Of a DNA stretch of 64,000 nucleotides, positions 63,315 to 64,000 are shown one piece after another. The DNA comes from Eledone cirrhosa (Eukaryota), in assembly GCA_964016885.1 (NCBI GenBank), contig OZ024745.1, positions 4,092,001-4,156,000 of the forward strand, written 5' to 3'. The notes under the pieces are model-generated. The model had not been told where the DNA came from, made no database searches, and saw only the letters and a program-made list of their open reading frames with translations. The first letter of the stretch is position 1. Every line of letters begins with the position of its first letter. The position numbers were made by a program, and so were the translations under genes.

Positions 63315-64000
63315 AAAATAGTGTCATGGTGCCATGTTACATGACAAATAGTGTCATGTAACATGACCAAATAGTGTCATGGTACCATGTTACATGACAA
63401 ATAGTGTCATGGTACCATGTTACATGACAAATAGTGTCATGGTACCATGTTACATGACCAAATAGTGTCATGGTACAATGTTACATGACAAATAGTGTCA
63501 TGGTACCATGTTACATGACCAAATAGTGTCATGGTACCATGTTACATGACAAATAGTGTCATGGTACCATGTTACATGACCAAATAGTGTCATGGTGCCA
63601 TGTTACATGACAAATAGTGTCATGGTACCATGTTACATGACAAATAGTGTCATGGTACCATGTTACATGACAAATAGTGTCATGGTACCATGTTACATGA
63701 CAAATAGTGTCATGGTACCATGTTACATGACAAATAGTGTCATGGTACCATGTTACATGACCAAATAGTGTCATGGTACCATGTTACATGACCAAATAGT
63801 GTCATGGTACAATGTTACATGACAAATAGTGTCATGGTACCATGTTACATGACCAAATAGTGTCATGGTACCATGTTACATGACAAATAGTGTCATGGTA
63901 CCATGTTACATGACCAAATAGTGTCATGGTACCATGTTACATGACAAATAGTGTCATGGTACCATGTTACATGACAAATAGTGTCATGGTGCCATGTTAC
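63315..64000. repeat. Minisatellite, 30/31-bp palindrome-rich unit, runs off window
   Basis: Unit AAATAGTGTCATGGTACCATGTTACATGAC(C). Confidence 0.97.

Overview
AT-rich, CpG-poor, repeat-dense animal genomic DNA. The SINE/LINE repertoire and (TA)n tracts resemble an octopod cephalopod (recalled similarity, not verified). The only confidently identified host gene is the 5' part of an hnRNP F/H (glorund-like) gene on the minus strand (promoter about 4.5 kb, seven coding exons running off the left edge). The remaining 59 kb holds three 5'-truncated copies of one RTE LINE whose RT carries an inserted PHD finger, relics of other LINEs, many SINEs, TTAA-type MITEs and about eight minisatellite arrays. 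Main observations: (1) a 139-nt frameshifting exon flanked by G-runs that matches the autoregulated, NMD-coupled exon 4 of human HNRNPH1, plus a candidate poison exon; (2) five loci with hammerhead-ribozyme-like motifs in short Penelope/retrozyme-like or foldback elements; (3) several minisatellites that visibly derive from retroposon parts or from a LINE target site. All coordinates were read by eye, and repeat boundaries are approximate.
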